Shown here: piece after piece, positions 10,401 to 20,330 of the stretch
How the letters are laid out: every line of letters starts with the position of its first letter
How positions within the stretch are numbered: position 1 is the stretch's first letter
Assembly (NCBI GenBank): GCA_964019335.1
Contig: OZ025729.1
Span: 372,001 to 436,000, forward strand
Length of the DNA: 64,000 nucleotides
Reading direction: 5' to 3'
DNA from: Diplonema japonicum
Lineage: Eukaryota > Protista > Euglenozoa: Diplonemea
Notes under the pieces: generated by a model
The model's database searches: none
What the model was told of the DNA's origin: nothing
What the model saw: only the letters and a program-made list of their open reading frames with translations
Made by a program: the position numbers and the translations under genes

Positions 10401-11130
10401 ATCGTTGAGCCAAACCGACACACCTCTCAACGGCCTGACCCCCGAGCTGGAGGACCGTCTTATCGTTGCGGTCAACACGATTTTGATGAAACGCGTCCCT
10501 CTTTTCCAGTCTGTGAAGGACAACCACGAGTTCATCCTGTCGTTGGTGAGCAAGCTCACGAGATCGGTTTTGATCCCGGAAGCTTTTATCTGCCGAATGG
10601 GCGACGAAGGTGACGCAATGCACTTCATAGGACAAGGCAAGGTAGTCGTTCTTGATCAAGCGTTAAACCCAATCACCGAGCTTGAAGACGGAGCGTTCTT
10701 CGGGGAGGTCGCGCTTCTTTACGGAACGAAGCGGAACGCTACCATCAAGACGCTCACTCATACCCTGCTTTTCACGCTGACGAAACGCGAATTTATGTCA
10801 TTAGGCAGAACTTATCCAGAGTGTATGATTGACATCTTGACACTTGCCGAGGAGCGGAAACGAGCAGCGAACAACGAGCCAGCGCTTACAAAGAACCAGC
10901 AAGCCTTTGTGGTGAAAATGATGATGAAAATGTCGAACAAGCCCGTGATCAACCCCAAGTCCGCTCGCTGGAAGCGGGCCTGGGAAGCGCTCAGACGGTA
11001 CAAGAGGGAGCACGAGACGTTCGATAATCTGAAACCGATGCCGACAATCAGGTTTAGGCGCACTGACGTCACCTTCCTCAAGGTACAAGACAGCATAATG
11101 AAAGCAAACACGGACGAGGTATTTTTTTGA
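7486..11130 (+). CDS. Fusion of a receptor-type cyclase-like module and a cyclic-nucleotide-gated (KCNH/HCN/CNG-like) ion channel with cNMP-binding domain
   Basis: Two N-terminal TMs plus HAMP-like KPIKEL; cyclase-like GFGLSYGD..TVGS..VMGRAV; channel WN..L..YN...PL, DVVACFP, filter TVSGYG; C-linker; CNBD GDEGDAMHFI..FFGEVALL..RNAT. Confidence 0.8.
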   Translation: MNDFAKDTAQVAGIKVSAMPALVVLVVGVQAVALGIMMGAVAGTGEDTTIDSFPEQWKQEITATKMASEALLQLANTDRTRFCTGPGKALIEASLHQMVLQAALSQGCIFKTDPATPQWKSGELSVTFDTVYYTKGLTSNSVFTHLGAEWKYKKEEGFKPTAVAILVVGTVLSGLVLDVMLVMFVKKGFLKPIKELTQYVESQQAAGAPFEDTVLNIVECRVLVDKVVEVCADLNAASNFVPEMPTFVENEDHDATYTSVRFSVAAPTTSRRTTLSVAREVSSAQATATVMCVKIIYTDLYPRFVTASEEFHRLSCIILTVVTDKVRDTAGCIVGASSDQLFAYWLAPSISPFRITLCISESIARRQNEQISDDLPTALTGFGLSYGDVMCCTVGSETYRAPAVMGRAVEEAEICARASVELNCSLSISEKFQKENHIDNASYLMLPIDYYVSDTICTKIYKVVDLDEAGHDAQALYEPYQAAFASYLNYDFGECEIFLNDFLESLPEDILGNRLRELVHRLSSMPESQNIRMGCKQSVLVPLCEAESYPNAAQESSLSTLGEEVSSVGEDCGSEMSSSLAATQRAMRHPSEFSQSSKPSDSVKRKSNKNPLSSLLSDKREEIAQLRRGIRSHMDMSSAAGARSVPGSRRVSTDVEKKPAPVVPRAVYVTDEQLGHETKLKAKVNRLKLWNALTLMLLIYNSFVVPLRWGFNYVNVHPAIIAMNFILDVAIYYTKIFLTSTTPYEEGTHWVEDPHLIFEHYRKNGFYMDVVACFPVELLALSWEESKRNAVFLPHYRWNRVINIIHLPSHFNDFFANYFPGLSPILIRIQQALICIFFIVHIISCTFNVILTHERGWEGSWFPYENYEENSGLLKYVLSVDWSVRTVSGYGHRLPATDIQVLYTTVVCVVGFALFATVLAYCTTLVSSLGAQENQFRQKVEEIRDYFRHAKNNSGMMDEIICYYKYIWKTNRSLSQTDTPLNGLTPELEDRLIVAVNTILMKRVPLFQSVKDNHEFILSLVSKLTRSVLIPEAFICRMGDEGDAMHFIGQGKVVVLDQALNPITELEDGAFFGEVALLYGTKRNATIKTLTHTLLFTLTKREFMSLGRTYPECMIDILTLAEERKRAANNEPALTKNQQAFVVKMMMKMSNKPVINPKSARWKRAWEALRRYKREHETFDNLKPMPTIRFRRTDVTFLKVQDSIMKANTDEVFF

Positions 11131-11395
11131 ATCTTTTTTTTTTTTTTTTTGAAGAAAATAGTCTAATCCAACACAGAACACCGAGGTACAGGTGATAAAG
11201 ATCAGCGTTGATGGTGAAGATGACACATGATGAGGGCAAGATTTCTTTTTTTGTTGGCTTGGAGGCACAAGGGTCCCAGAAAGGGTGCATCATGAGCAGT
11301 CTTGCGGATTGAAATCTTTTTTAGGCGATCCTGTCACATACTGCAGGTTCCCTTTCAAAGACATCTTTTTTCTTCTTCTTTTTTTATTTAATTCT

Positions 11396-11546
11396 GAGCA
11401 GCTCTCTTAAAGAATTTAGGCTAGAATAATAAAATCAGGCTTTCACTTTATTTCGCGCCCAGGTCCGTGAAATAAAGTATCTGATTTTTTTTTTCCTCAT
11501 GTTTTTAAGCCAAGCGTTGCTGCCAAATTCTTTGCGAGAGCAGCTC
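11396..11546. repeat. Long imperfect palindrome (MITE-like)
   Basis: gagcagctctc..aagaattt..ggc is inverted at gccaaattcttt..gagagcagctc; inner actttatttc/gaaataaagt pair. Confidence 0.5.
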
Positions 11547-12111
11547 ATCATTAAATAAGATGTAGTATTGAATAGAAATCAGGCTATCTGATTTTCATTT
11601 AATAAATAGCTATTTTTTTTTGGAACATGCCCTTTTCCAAGGGCATCTTAAACATGAAACACAGTTCCTCCTCAAAGAAAGAAAAAAAGCTGAAGAAAAA
11701 AAAAGAAGAAAAAAGATAGAGGGGAGCGTCTCGAACTATCGCCTTTAACCAGTTATCCGGTAAATTCTTTTTTTTTTTTTGCTTGAACAAGAAAAAAAAA
11801 AAGAAAAAAAAACAATTGATAGTGAATTGTTATGATGGTTAAAGAGCAGTGGTAGCATTATTGGCTGTGCACGGACCAATAAGCAACTGACTTTTTTTTG
11901 TCACGAGAGAACGTCAAAGTCACAAAGCGGAATGTGTAACTTTAAGTTGTCTCAGAATTTTGTTCTCATTGCTGACCCACTGCAGTAGGCACCCGCGAGT
12001 GCCCTCAGAATGGGACAACGAGGACTATTTTGGTTTTTACCCGTTTTTCCTGGGGGGGGAAGTATATAGTTTTTCTAAAGAATGCAAGAAAAAGAAGAAA
12101 AAAATGAAGTT

Positions 12112-12150
<39 letters not shown>

Positions 12151-12259
12151 CCTCATCGTATTTATTATTTTTCTTCTTGTTGTGCCCACCCACCTCACTT
12201 CGCACAGATAAATAGAGACGGGAAAAAAGAAAAAGAAAAAAAAAAAAATACACACAAAG

Positions 12260-12661
12260 ATGCCTGTTGAAACTGCGCTTCTAGAGTTGATAGAAATAGA
12301 GAAATGGAAAACAGTGGTAGTCATTGAAGGAGGTAGCGAGAGGGTACTCAAAGGAAAGGAGCAAGGCAAGGAAATAATGGAAGTCCTCCTGAGGATCCTG
12401 AGCAAGAAGACCATGGAAGAAGTTGTGGCAGAAAAGCTAGTTTTTGACGATACCCCTATGGAAATACACAACAAGTACACCGTCCAAGGGTGTGAGATTT
12501 GTACTGGTAGACAGCCTGTAGAGGCGAAGGACCCTGGAGTCCCGACACCCAATGGTTGGACCGCAGCTCAAAGAGGCGAGGTAACTGTGCTGATAACATA
12601 CCCTATTGAAGTAACTGCAAGCAAGACTGTCCGACAGGTGATTTCTTGTCTGCTTGCGTGA
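12260..12661 (+). CDS. Small protein, possibly profilin-like fold
   Basis: 133-aa ATG ORF with coding-like composition between A/T tracts; G-x-T-A-A..VLITY followed by a C-terminal helix resembles profilin. Confidence 0.45.
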   Translation: MPVETALLELIEIEKWKTVVVIEGGSERVLKGKEQGKEIMEVLLRILSKKTMEEVVAEKLVFDDTPMEIHNKYTVQGCEICTGRQPVEAKDPGVPTPNGWTAAQRGEVTVLITYPIEVTASKTVRQVISCLLA

Positions 12662-12921
12662 TAGAACGAAAAGAAAATAGTGTTAGTGTTTTTCTTTTTT
12701 AGATAAGTAGAGACAAGGGACGTTCCAAAACAGGAACCTCCTTTATCTCATCTCTTTTTTTTCTTTTTTGTCTATCCTCCTTTTTCGTTTGTTTCTCTCT
12801 TTCTTTGTTGGCAACTGGATACAAGAAGTGCTCCCCCCCCCCCCCCCCCCCCCCAGTTTAACACCGTATTGTCCACGCAAAACACCACAGGCAAGGGAGG
12901 GACCCACAAAAGACCAGATGA

Positions 12922-15900
12922 ATGGACCCCAGCACCGTGTCGAACTACGTGCAAGAAACGTTTCGGGAGGGGCAACGCTACCACCCTTACGACGCGGCTG
13001 TGTGTGTTGAGTTTGACCTACCCCTTAACGTCTTTAGAGATCATCAAGGGCCAAGACCATGTAAGGTACGAACACCCAGGTTTGGAAATTATAGAATGCT
13101 GGTCGTGGTGGCACAAAAGGACAACGCAAAGGAGACAGGTGGCTACTTAGAGAACGTGCTGGTAGGATGCGAGGGGATGGACGCGCTGAAGGAAGTCACA
13201 GATTTTAAATTCGACGTTTACAAAGGAAAGAAGGAACAAGGCGCGCTGCTCACCTCCTGGAAAACACGGTTCACATTCACATTCAAGTCTGACAAAGACA
13301 GGGGCACCCCTACCCTCCTCCCTCTTGAAAAGCTTCCTGCTGACATAAACGTAGTGACAATCAGCGTCACGGTGAGGAACACAACAGCGGCGTACCTACG
13401 AATGGCTAAGAACAACCAAACAGCGGGGCTTCAAAACCAAGGAGCGACTTGTTATGTGAGTTCCGTAATCCAAACGCTTTTCAACATCACCGTCTTTCGT
13501 CGGGCTGTTTACGAACTAGTCAGCAGCACCGTTCAAGGTTCTGAGAAAGACATCCCTGTGCAGCTCTCCTGCCTCTTCGCTTCGTTAGAAAACTCCAGCG
13601 GTCCTGTATCGACAGAAGCCCTTACCAACTCTTTCGGGTGGGACACGCATATGGTCACTTATGAGCAGCATGATGTTCAGGAATTTGCACGCGTACTCCT
13701 CGATAACCTTGAGACCAAGGCCAGGCTGCGGAATGGGGATCGCAGCGCCAATGTTTTCACCGACCTCTTCAAAGGTACCACGAAGAAACACCTGAAGACC
13801 GAGAGCGGGTTCGAAAAGGAAACAGAGCAGATATTCTACGACCTACAGTTGCGTGTGAAGGGGCTCAGCTCCTTAGAGGACTCCATCGAAGAAGAAATCA
13901 AAGAAGAGCACCTTGCAGGGGAAAACAAGTACCACATTATCGATGATGACCAAGGAGTAGACAGGATGGAAGATGCTGTGATACGAACGGAGTTCGGGAC
14001 GCTGCCTCCTGTTCTCGTGGTGCACCTGCGACGGTTTGAATACAGCGGGAGCGGCACAGGGGGGTATGTAAAGGTGAACAACAAGTTCACGTACCCTGAC
14101 GAGCTGAGCCTTCCTGGTGAAACGTATCTCCTTCATTCTGTCCTCGTACACTCAGGGACACCCCATTCAGGGCATTATTACGCCTTTGTCTGCACAGGCC
14201 CCGAGCGTAACTGGCATCTCTACAACGATCACAGAGTGGTCCCAGTGCACCCGACTGAGGTCTTTGCCGATAACTTCGGCGGCCCGCCGCCTGACGACAG
14301 GTTCTGGCTGGACCCGAACACCTCGGCATACATGCTTCTGTATATCAAGAAATCGGAATACGAGACCTTATGCGGTGGGCGGTGCAGTGCACCAGAGCAC
14401 ATTTCACGCAGCATCCCCATCAGGGGAAGGGTTGCCTTTTCGGTGTTCACAGAAGACGACATCAGACAGCATGTCAGCAATAGTGGACAGCTCGACTTGC
14501 TACCCGACCCCTGCAAGGGGCAGGTGGTGGTGGTTCCGTCGGGAGCGAAGTGGGGGTATCTTATGGAAAAGATATCCGAGGTTACGCAAATAAGCACGGG
14601 CATGAAGCTCTGGACGACCACCCACTGGAAACGGTCGCCACGACGGGGTTTTGGAAGGCCGGACCTCTGCATCTCGGACTTCGGGATTGTCATCGGGTCG
14701 GCGCTTATCCGTCCCGCAGGGGAAGACGTGCTCCCCGACTTCCCATCAACATGCATCTCGGAGCCTTTGCCTCTCTACATCACAAACGGCCCATGCAGAG
14801 AGTCCCCCACCGACAGGCTTGTCTTTATCAAGCGGTATCTTCGGCACGAAGGATCTGGAAGGCTCGGTTACATCGGATCGATGATGTGCGACAACAAGAG
14901 CACGGTGAGGAAGCTGGTGAAAGACATCGCAAAGACGTTCGAGACAGGGGACAAAACTTGCCTGCCCAGGGTGTGGGTCGAACGGCCACCTATCGACAAG
15001 GCAAACTGCCCAGACGTTCACGAGATCTTGGACCTACGGGCTCAGTGCGATTCTGTAGACGGAGCAGTCATAATAATGGAACCGAGTCTGGTCGCAGCGG
15101 AGACAGTAGCAAAGGGTGTGGGTGGCATGCCTCCGGAGGCAGTGCTCGCAGAGGCGGAAGAGGTGCTAGACACGATCGGGCTTGGAAGGGGCAACATCGC
15201 TGACCATGTACCGTCGCTGATGTTAGAAGACCCCACCATACAAGAGGCCGCTCAGATTCTGCTTCATCCTGCTGTGCAGCTGAATGAAAAACGACTGTTC
15301 AAACATCTATCTACGTATTTCAGAGATTTTGTAACCTCCGTCACCGTGACCTTCAAATCACTGGACAAGGATGGTATTGAAGACAAAGGTGTTTCGGTTC
15401 GATGCCACACGTGGTGGGGCTACCCCGAGCTCGCCGAGTACATCGCTCCATTACTACGCTGGCGGGCGGGACAGCTGCGCTTCTGGGTTGTGTCGAAAAA
15501 CGTTGCGATCCGACGGAAAAAACAACACTTGCTCTACTGGGACCCTTCAAAAAAGCAACCACTGGGACGAGCCCTGCAGCTTAACCCAGGCGGCTGGTAC
15601 GCATCGTTAGCGAACGGGGACGAAGAAACTGAACAAGTCATGTTCTACAGACGGACAAGCCAATCAATACCCGGAGAAAGCCACAAAGAGATCCCTGTCG
15701 TGGTATATAAGAACAACGGCGATCTACGGTATGTATCGGTGCAGTTTAAGAAACGAGTTGGGACACCGAAGCTCATCGCGAGAGAAGTGGAAACGCAGAT
15801 TGGATGTGATGGGAAAGTGTTGTTTGTGATGGCAATTCAACAGCGAAGTGTACTGAGGTGCTACAAGGGGGACTCCTCGGTCATCGTGAGTGACTATGTG

Positions 15901-16257
15901 TTATCTTGTTCGACGTTCCGTGTCTTCTGGGCACCTTCGGGGAGCGAGGTCGTCGGGCACATAATTGTGCTGAGAACCCGTGGCCCACTGACTTCCAATC
16001 TTGTTTACAGTCAAGACCCGCAGGTTTATGAGCTCACTCCTGACTCAACACCGGCATCTCTCCTTTCACACACACATGGGTTCACAGCCGCTTATTTTGT
16101 ACTGGACACAGTCCTTGCAGAGATCAGCCCGCAGGAGTGTATTGTTGAGGCTTTGCTGCGGCACCATAACACTACGGTGAAGGGTATCGCCCTCCCAAGG
16201 CTGTGCATTGTCGACGGGCGTAACAGCCGACAGCAAGCAGTTGAGATATACAATTAG
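12922..16257 (+). CDS. USP7: Ubiquitin carboxyl-terminal hydrolase, USP7/UBP12-like
   Basis: Cys box GLQNQGATCY, QHDVQEF, His box VLVHSG..SGHYY, ND..V, AYMLLY; N-terminal MATH-like and C-terminal UBL-like regions. Confidence 0.8.
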   Translation: MDPSTVSNYVQETFREGQRYHPYDAAVCVEFDLPLNVFRDHQGPRPCKVRTPRFGNYRMLVVVAQKDNAKETGGYLENVLVGCEGMDALKEVTDFKFDVYKGKKEQGALLTSWKTRFTFTFKSDKDRGTPTLLPLEKLPADINVVTISVTVRNTTAAYLRMAKNNQTAGLQNQGATCYVSSVIQTLFNITVFRRAVYELVSSTVQGSEKDIPVQLSCLFASLENSSGPVSTEALTNSFGWDTHMVTYEQHDVQEFARVLLDNLETKARLRNGDRSANVFTDLFKGTTKKHLKTESGFEKETEQIFYDLQLRVKGLSSLEDSIEEEIKEEHLAGENKYHIIDDDQGVDRMEDAVIRTEFGTLPPVLVVHLRRFEYSGSGTGGYVKVNNKFTYPDELSLPGETYLLHSVLVHSGTPHSGHYYAFVCTGPERNWHLYNDHRVVPVHPTEVFADNFGGPPPDDRFWLDPNTSAYMLLYIKKSEYETLCGGRCSAPEHISRSIPIRGRVAFSVFTEDDIRQHVSNSGQLDLLPDPCKGQVVVVPSGAKWGYLMEKISEVTQISTGMKLWTTTHWKRSPRRGFGRPDLCISDFGIVIGSALIRPAGEDVLPDFPSTCISEPLPLYITNGPCRESPTDRLVFIKRYLRHEGSGRLGYIGSMMCDNKSTVRKLVKDIAKTFETGDKTCLPRVWVERPPIDKANCPDVHEILDLRAQCDSVDGAVIIMEPSLVAAETVAKGVGGMPPEAVLAEAEEVLDTIGLGRGNIADHVPSLMLEDPTIQEAAQILLHPAVQLNEKRLFKHLSTYFRDFVTSVTVTFKSLDKDGIEDKGVSVRCHTWWGYPELAEYIAPLLRWRAGQLRFWVVSKNVAIRRKKQHLLYWDPSKKQPLGRALQLNPGGWYASLANGDEETEQVMFYRRTSQSIPGESHKEIPVVVYKNNGDLRYVSVQFKKRVGTPKLIAREVETQIGCDGKVLFVMAIQQRSVLRCYKGDSSVIVSDYVLSCSTFRVFWAPSGSEVVGHIIVLRTRGPLTSNLVYSQDPQVYELTPDSTPASLLSHTHGFTAAYFVLDTVLAEISPQECIVEALLRHHNTTVKGIALPRLCIVDGRNSRQQAVEIYN

Positions 16258-17214
16258 CTTTTTTTTTTTTTCCGACAAGGCTGCCCCGCAGTATGTCCAG
16301 AGCCCCCAGAACGGGGACAACGGGGAATAAGCGCAGCTCGGCCAGTGAGCGCAAAAACGCATACCTTAAAAGAATAGTTTTTTTTTTTTGTGTGTGCAGC
16401 GAAGAGTTCAGTGTCTTTTTTTTTTTTTTGTTTTGTTTTTGTTATTTTTATTTTTTTTTTACCCCCTCTCCCCTGTTCCTCCCCCTGATCAAAGTTTGGG
16501 AAAGGGGAAAGAAAAAAAAGAAAGAAGTGCAAACCACGCATTACATCGCATATATTTTGCAGTCTTTTTGAAACCAGCGTAGCCCTTATAGCAAAAAAAA
16601 AAAAAAAAAAAAAAAAAGAACACCGGGAAAGGAGAGTCCATGTGTGCCCCCCTGTATTCACGTATTGCCTTTGTGATGCGTTTTCTATCTTTTATCTCAT
16701 GTGTTCGAGGGACCCCCCCCCCCCCCCCCCCCTTAGAACCTTGGGCCTAACAGCGAACACTTAGAGATATGAGGCCTTATTTAGTTTTTATTTTTGTTTT
16801 TCTTTTTATATTTTTAATTGTACAGTGCGCCCTTTCAATCATATCAACCTACAGATCTGTTTGCAACAATTGTTATGAAAGCGGGGTAAAAGATTGCTCG
16901 TGGGGCTGAACTGACTGGCCGGGTCTAGGTGCGTAACCGCTATCTCCTTTAAGCGATTCATTTTAGGAAGTAATGGGTTTGCGGGTTTGTCAGGATCGGC
17001 CGCCTCTCAAAAACAGGGGGTAACATGGATTGCTTTATGGCTTCCGGCAAAAAGAAGGGGAAAAAAAAAGATGAACTCAGGTCATTAGAGACACGATGAA
17101 GCAAATTATCTGTTCCCACATTTTCTTTTTTAATAGTGTGTCTGGCTTTGACTGCAAGGTTTCTCCAGGTTCCTCCTTCGGGGGTTTTAAAAGAAAAAGG
17201 AAAAAAATAAATAA

Positions 17215-18948
17215 ATGTGCGGAGCACAGAAGGCGAAAGAAAGCACCCCGATGTTTACGAAGCTTGCGAAGGAATTCCGGGCGTACCACAAGAACACGTT
17301 GAATGTGACGGGGCACTTGGCCACAACGCCTGTCGGGCTGGCATGCAGCCTGGCCTTGTTGGAAGCTGGAGGAGGCGTGTGGGCTGGTTACATCATCGCT
17401 GTTTATTCAGCATTGCTGGCAGTGACAACGCCTGCGAAGATTGCGGTGGGCTCAATGCCTGTTCTTCTTGCAGTTTACTTCATTTGCAACGCTATCACAT
17501 CAGCGGAGGTGTCCACTATGCACACAGCCCTTCTTCTTGCCGTTTCGTATATCCTTCAAGACGTTGTGCACTTCATAACTGGCGAGCCGACCTTTCAGTC
17601 GTCGTATAAAGAGGTTCCGAAGTTTCTTCTCCACACCGTGTATTTGGTCCCGCTTTGCGTGGATGCTTTTTACGGGTTGAGGCGTGGGCCGTACTACTGG
17701 TTGGTGACGAGGGATACCACGATTTTCTCGAAGGTGACCTGCATGAAGAGCTTGGAAAACTTGAGGCAGTGGGTTTTAAACCACCCTGCGCTGAGCAACG
17801 ACCACACCACGCACTGGTGGTACCACGACTTGAAGGGCGTTGAAAAAGCTTCCTTCGACGACGTCTGCAACGCAAAGGAAATACAAGATTCATTCCACAC
17901 AGTGTGGGACGCCAAGGCGTACATCGTGAAACCAGTCCACGGGATGAACGAGGTGTATGTAGCAAGCCCGACCACTATGAAGACCAGCGACAAGGTCTTC
18001 ATGATGGACCACATCGACGGGCCGTGGTTGGTATGGCCGTTCTGTGCGGTGTACAGAGTGCTCGCCGCCGTAAATGTGAACGAAGTTGTGCACACGGAAC
18101 TGAAAGAACTGCGCCGGAACAAGGTTTTGACCACAGGAGATGTGATGGGCTTCGATTTCAACAGAGAGATCCACAAGGTGTACTTCAACACAAGCATGAC
18201 CAACCCTGAACCGCGCATCACCTTGAAGCTTCACTACATCGTGTACCCGAAGTGCTTGAAACCGTTCGGAGAGATGCTGGCCTACGTCACCACTCAATAC
18301 GACATCATCGCGAGGAACCTGTTCCTGTACACCATCAAGCCGACAACATTCCTTCAAAAACTGTCTTCGCAGATTGGGGTGCTGTGCACTACGTACGTAG
18401 TGGAGAGATTCGAGGCTGCTGTTGGGGTTCACAATGTGCTCAAGGTTCTTGCTTTGCATGCGATTCTTCCGGGGTCGGTGTTTTTGTACTGTACTTCTTT
18501 TGTTCATTACAACATGTACATCGCTACGTATTACTACCGAGCAAGGGTTAATTACGGGAGGATGCTGCGGGATTTAAAGTTTTGGAAATTTGTGTCGATT
18601 GGCCAGCTTGTGTGGGCGTACTTGCAGTATGATGTTAGCTACTTGTCTGTTGGTGTGATGCTTGCTGGATATGCGCTATCCGCGTCGGCTGCCTTGGCCA
18701 TCGGACAGGACCGTACATACTTCGGTTCTGAGCTGAACGTGGTCGAGCCGAAGTGGATTTCTTCTTTCCCGTATAGTTGCGTTCCGCACCCCATGATCCT
18801 CGGGTCTATCGTCGGGCTGGTTGGTTTTTACCTGAACGAGGGCTTTGCGGAGAACTACCCCTTTTTGGTGCCTATTCACTGTCTTCTTTATGTTATCCAT
18901 GCTGTGCAGGAGCACCTTGACATTCATGATGAGCATTGGAAAAACTGA
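17215..18948 (+). CDS. Membrane lipid-modifying fusion protein: Mpo1/DUF962-like N-terminus, HxD..H central domain, phospholipid methyltransferase (PEMT)-like C-terminus
   Basis: F..YH.N..N...H and Q...H...GEPT motifs; HIDGP..EIH; G.DRTYFG.EL..FPY..VPHPMILGS; true start may be the ATG at 17251. Confidence 0.6.
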   Translation: MCGAQKAKESTPMFTKLAKEFRAYHKNTLNVTGHLATTPVGLACSLALLEAGGGVWAGYIIAVYSALLAVTTPAKIAVGSMPVLLAVYFICNAITSAEVSTMHTALLLAVSYILQDVVHFITGEPTFQSSYKEVPKFLLHTVYLVPLCVDAFYGLRRGPYYWLVTRDTTIFSKVTCMKSLENLRQWVLNHPALSNDHTTHWWYHDLKGVEKASFDDVCNAKEIQDSFHTVWDAKAYIVKPVHGMNEVYVASPTTMKTSDKVFMMDHIDGPWLVWPFCAVYRVLAAVNVNEVVHTELKELRRNKVLTTGDVMGFDFNREIHKVYFNTSMTNPEPRITLKLHYIVYPKCLKPFGEMLAYVTTQYDIIARNLFLYTIKPTTFLQKLSSQIGVLCTTYVVERFEAAVGVHNVLKVLALHAILPGSVFLYCTSFVHYNMYIATYYYRARVNYGRMLRDLKFWKFVSIGQLVWAYLQYDVSYLSVGVMLAGYALSASAALAIGQDRTYFGSELNVVEPKWISSFPYSCVPHPMILGSIVGLVGFYLNEGFAENYPFLVPIHCLLYVIHAVQEHLDIHDEHWKN

Positions 18949-19416
18949 GAAGGAAAAAAAAAAAAATTATGAGAAAGAAGAAAAAAAAAAAAGAGAAAAA
19001 AAAGGATTTCTTTGAAGGATTTTTTTTTTTGTTTCAACCGTCGTTTCAAAGAAAAGAAAAAGGGGGGTGAAAACACCCCTTCCCCTTTTCATTTCCCGTT
19101 CCCCCCCCCCCCGCCCTCTCATTTTCCCTCAGATTCTCTTGGTGAGTGGGTTGCCCGACACTCCTCACTGTTCACTCTCCCATATTAGGAATTTGCTCGT
19201 TTGTTTTTTTTTTTCCCCCTTCTCTTCGTGTTCTTTTTTTTTTTTAAAAAAAGAACAAAAAAGAAGAAAAAAAGAAAGAGGGAAAAGAAAACACACGATC
19301 TATTTTACTTTTTTTCTTTTTACCAAAAAAAAAAAAGAACCGACCCGATGTCTCCTCAGAATGCTCTCCCTTACTTTTTCTTTGTGTTTTTTTTTTTTTT
19401 TTTTTTTTTTTTATTT

Positions 19417-19550
19417 GTTACAAATATTTATCTTTCAAAAAATGATTTTATAACTATGTGCAACTTGTGCCGAGCAAAAAACTTTCGCAGCTTTTTAAAA
19501 ACCTTTTTTGCTCGTGCGAACAACAAAGACATATAGTCATAAAGAATTAT
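19417..19550. repeat. Dispersed ~135-bp hairpin repeat (copy A)
   Basis: Matches 53677-53813; arms ataactat..cgagcaaaaa / tttttgctcg..atagtcat. Confidence 0.7.
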
Positions 19551-19670
19551 TTTTTTTTTTTTACCCGAGGGAGGGGTTATTCACGAGGGCCGCCCATTTT
19601 TTTTTTCTTTTATATTTTTTTTTTCTTCCACAAAAAGAAAATAATAAATAATCGACAGAGGGACGGGCAC

Positions 19671-20330
19671 ATGAAAGATGTTGTTCACAAGGTTGTTCTT
19701 CTTGGTGGAAGAGGGGTCGGGAAGAGCTGCGTAGTGGGCGCGTATACCAAAGGACAGTTCAACCTGTGCGAAAAGAGTACAATTAACCTCGTCGAGTTCG
19801 CGCTGGTGCAGGAAGGCGACGGTGTGTCAGTTCAGTTGTGGGACACCGCAGGACAAGACATCCATGGCCGCATGTCCGCCCTTTACTACAGGGGTGCTCG
19901 CGGCGTTGTGGTTGTCGTGGATCTCACAGAGCTGGCCTCTTTGCAGTGCGCTGAGAAGTGGATTAAAGAAGCGAAAGAGCACAACCCAGCAGCGGTGTTC
20001 ATGATTCTAGCCAATAAAAGCGACTTGGAAAGCCTTCGGGTGATCTCATCAAAAGACATCGAGAAGCTCATCTCCCGCTTCACTCCGCGACCCCTCTACT
20101 TCGAGACATCCGCACTTCTAGGGCTCAACATCCATCTGGCTTTTAAGGAGCTTATAGACGTGGTGTATGTGGGGAGGGTTTTTTTTTCTTTTTTTTTTCC
20201 TCAAAATCTTTTCAGGCAACTGCAACCATCCGATCCTTCTCCTCTACCCTCCGACTTGCCTGCAATCACAAATCTGCACTCTTTCCCTTTGCCCGATTCA
20301 CGAAGGAAGAGGAAGCCGCTCAGGTGCTGA
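19671..20330 (+). CDS. Rab-family small GTPase with a probable 51-nt intron (20165-20215)
   Basis: GxxGVGKS, WDTAGQ, YYRGA, NKSD, ETSA motifs, terminal Cys; GTATGT..poly-T..CAG in-frame intron. Confidence 0.85.
   Translation: MKDVVHKVVLLGGRGVGKSCVVGAYTKGQFNLCEKSTINLVEFALVQEGDGVSVQLWDTAGQDIHGRMSALYYRGARGVVVVVDLTELASLQCAEKWIKEAKEHNPAAVFMILANKSDLESLRVISSKDIEKLISRFTPRPLYFETSALLGLNIHLAFKELIDVVYVGRVFFSFFFPQNLFRQLQPSDPSPLPSDLPAITNLHSFPLPDSRRKRKPLRC

Noticed and set aside
19458-19670. N-terminal extensions of Rab (and likewise ORFs starting 35778, 50079, 5226, 23129)
   Set aside because: Non-ATG starts running through poly-T/A tracts, repeats or U2; artefacts of the ORF track
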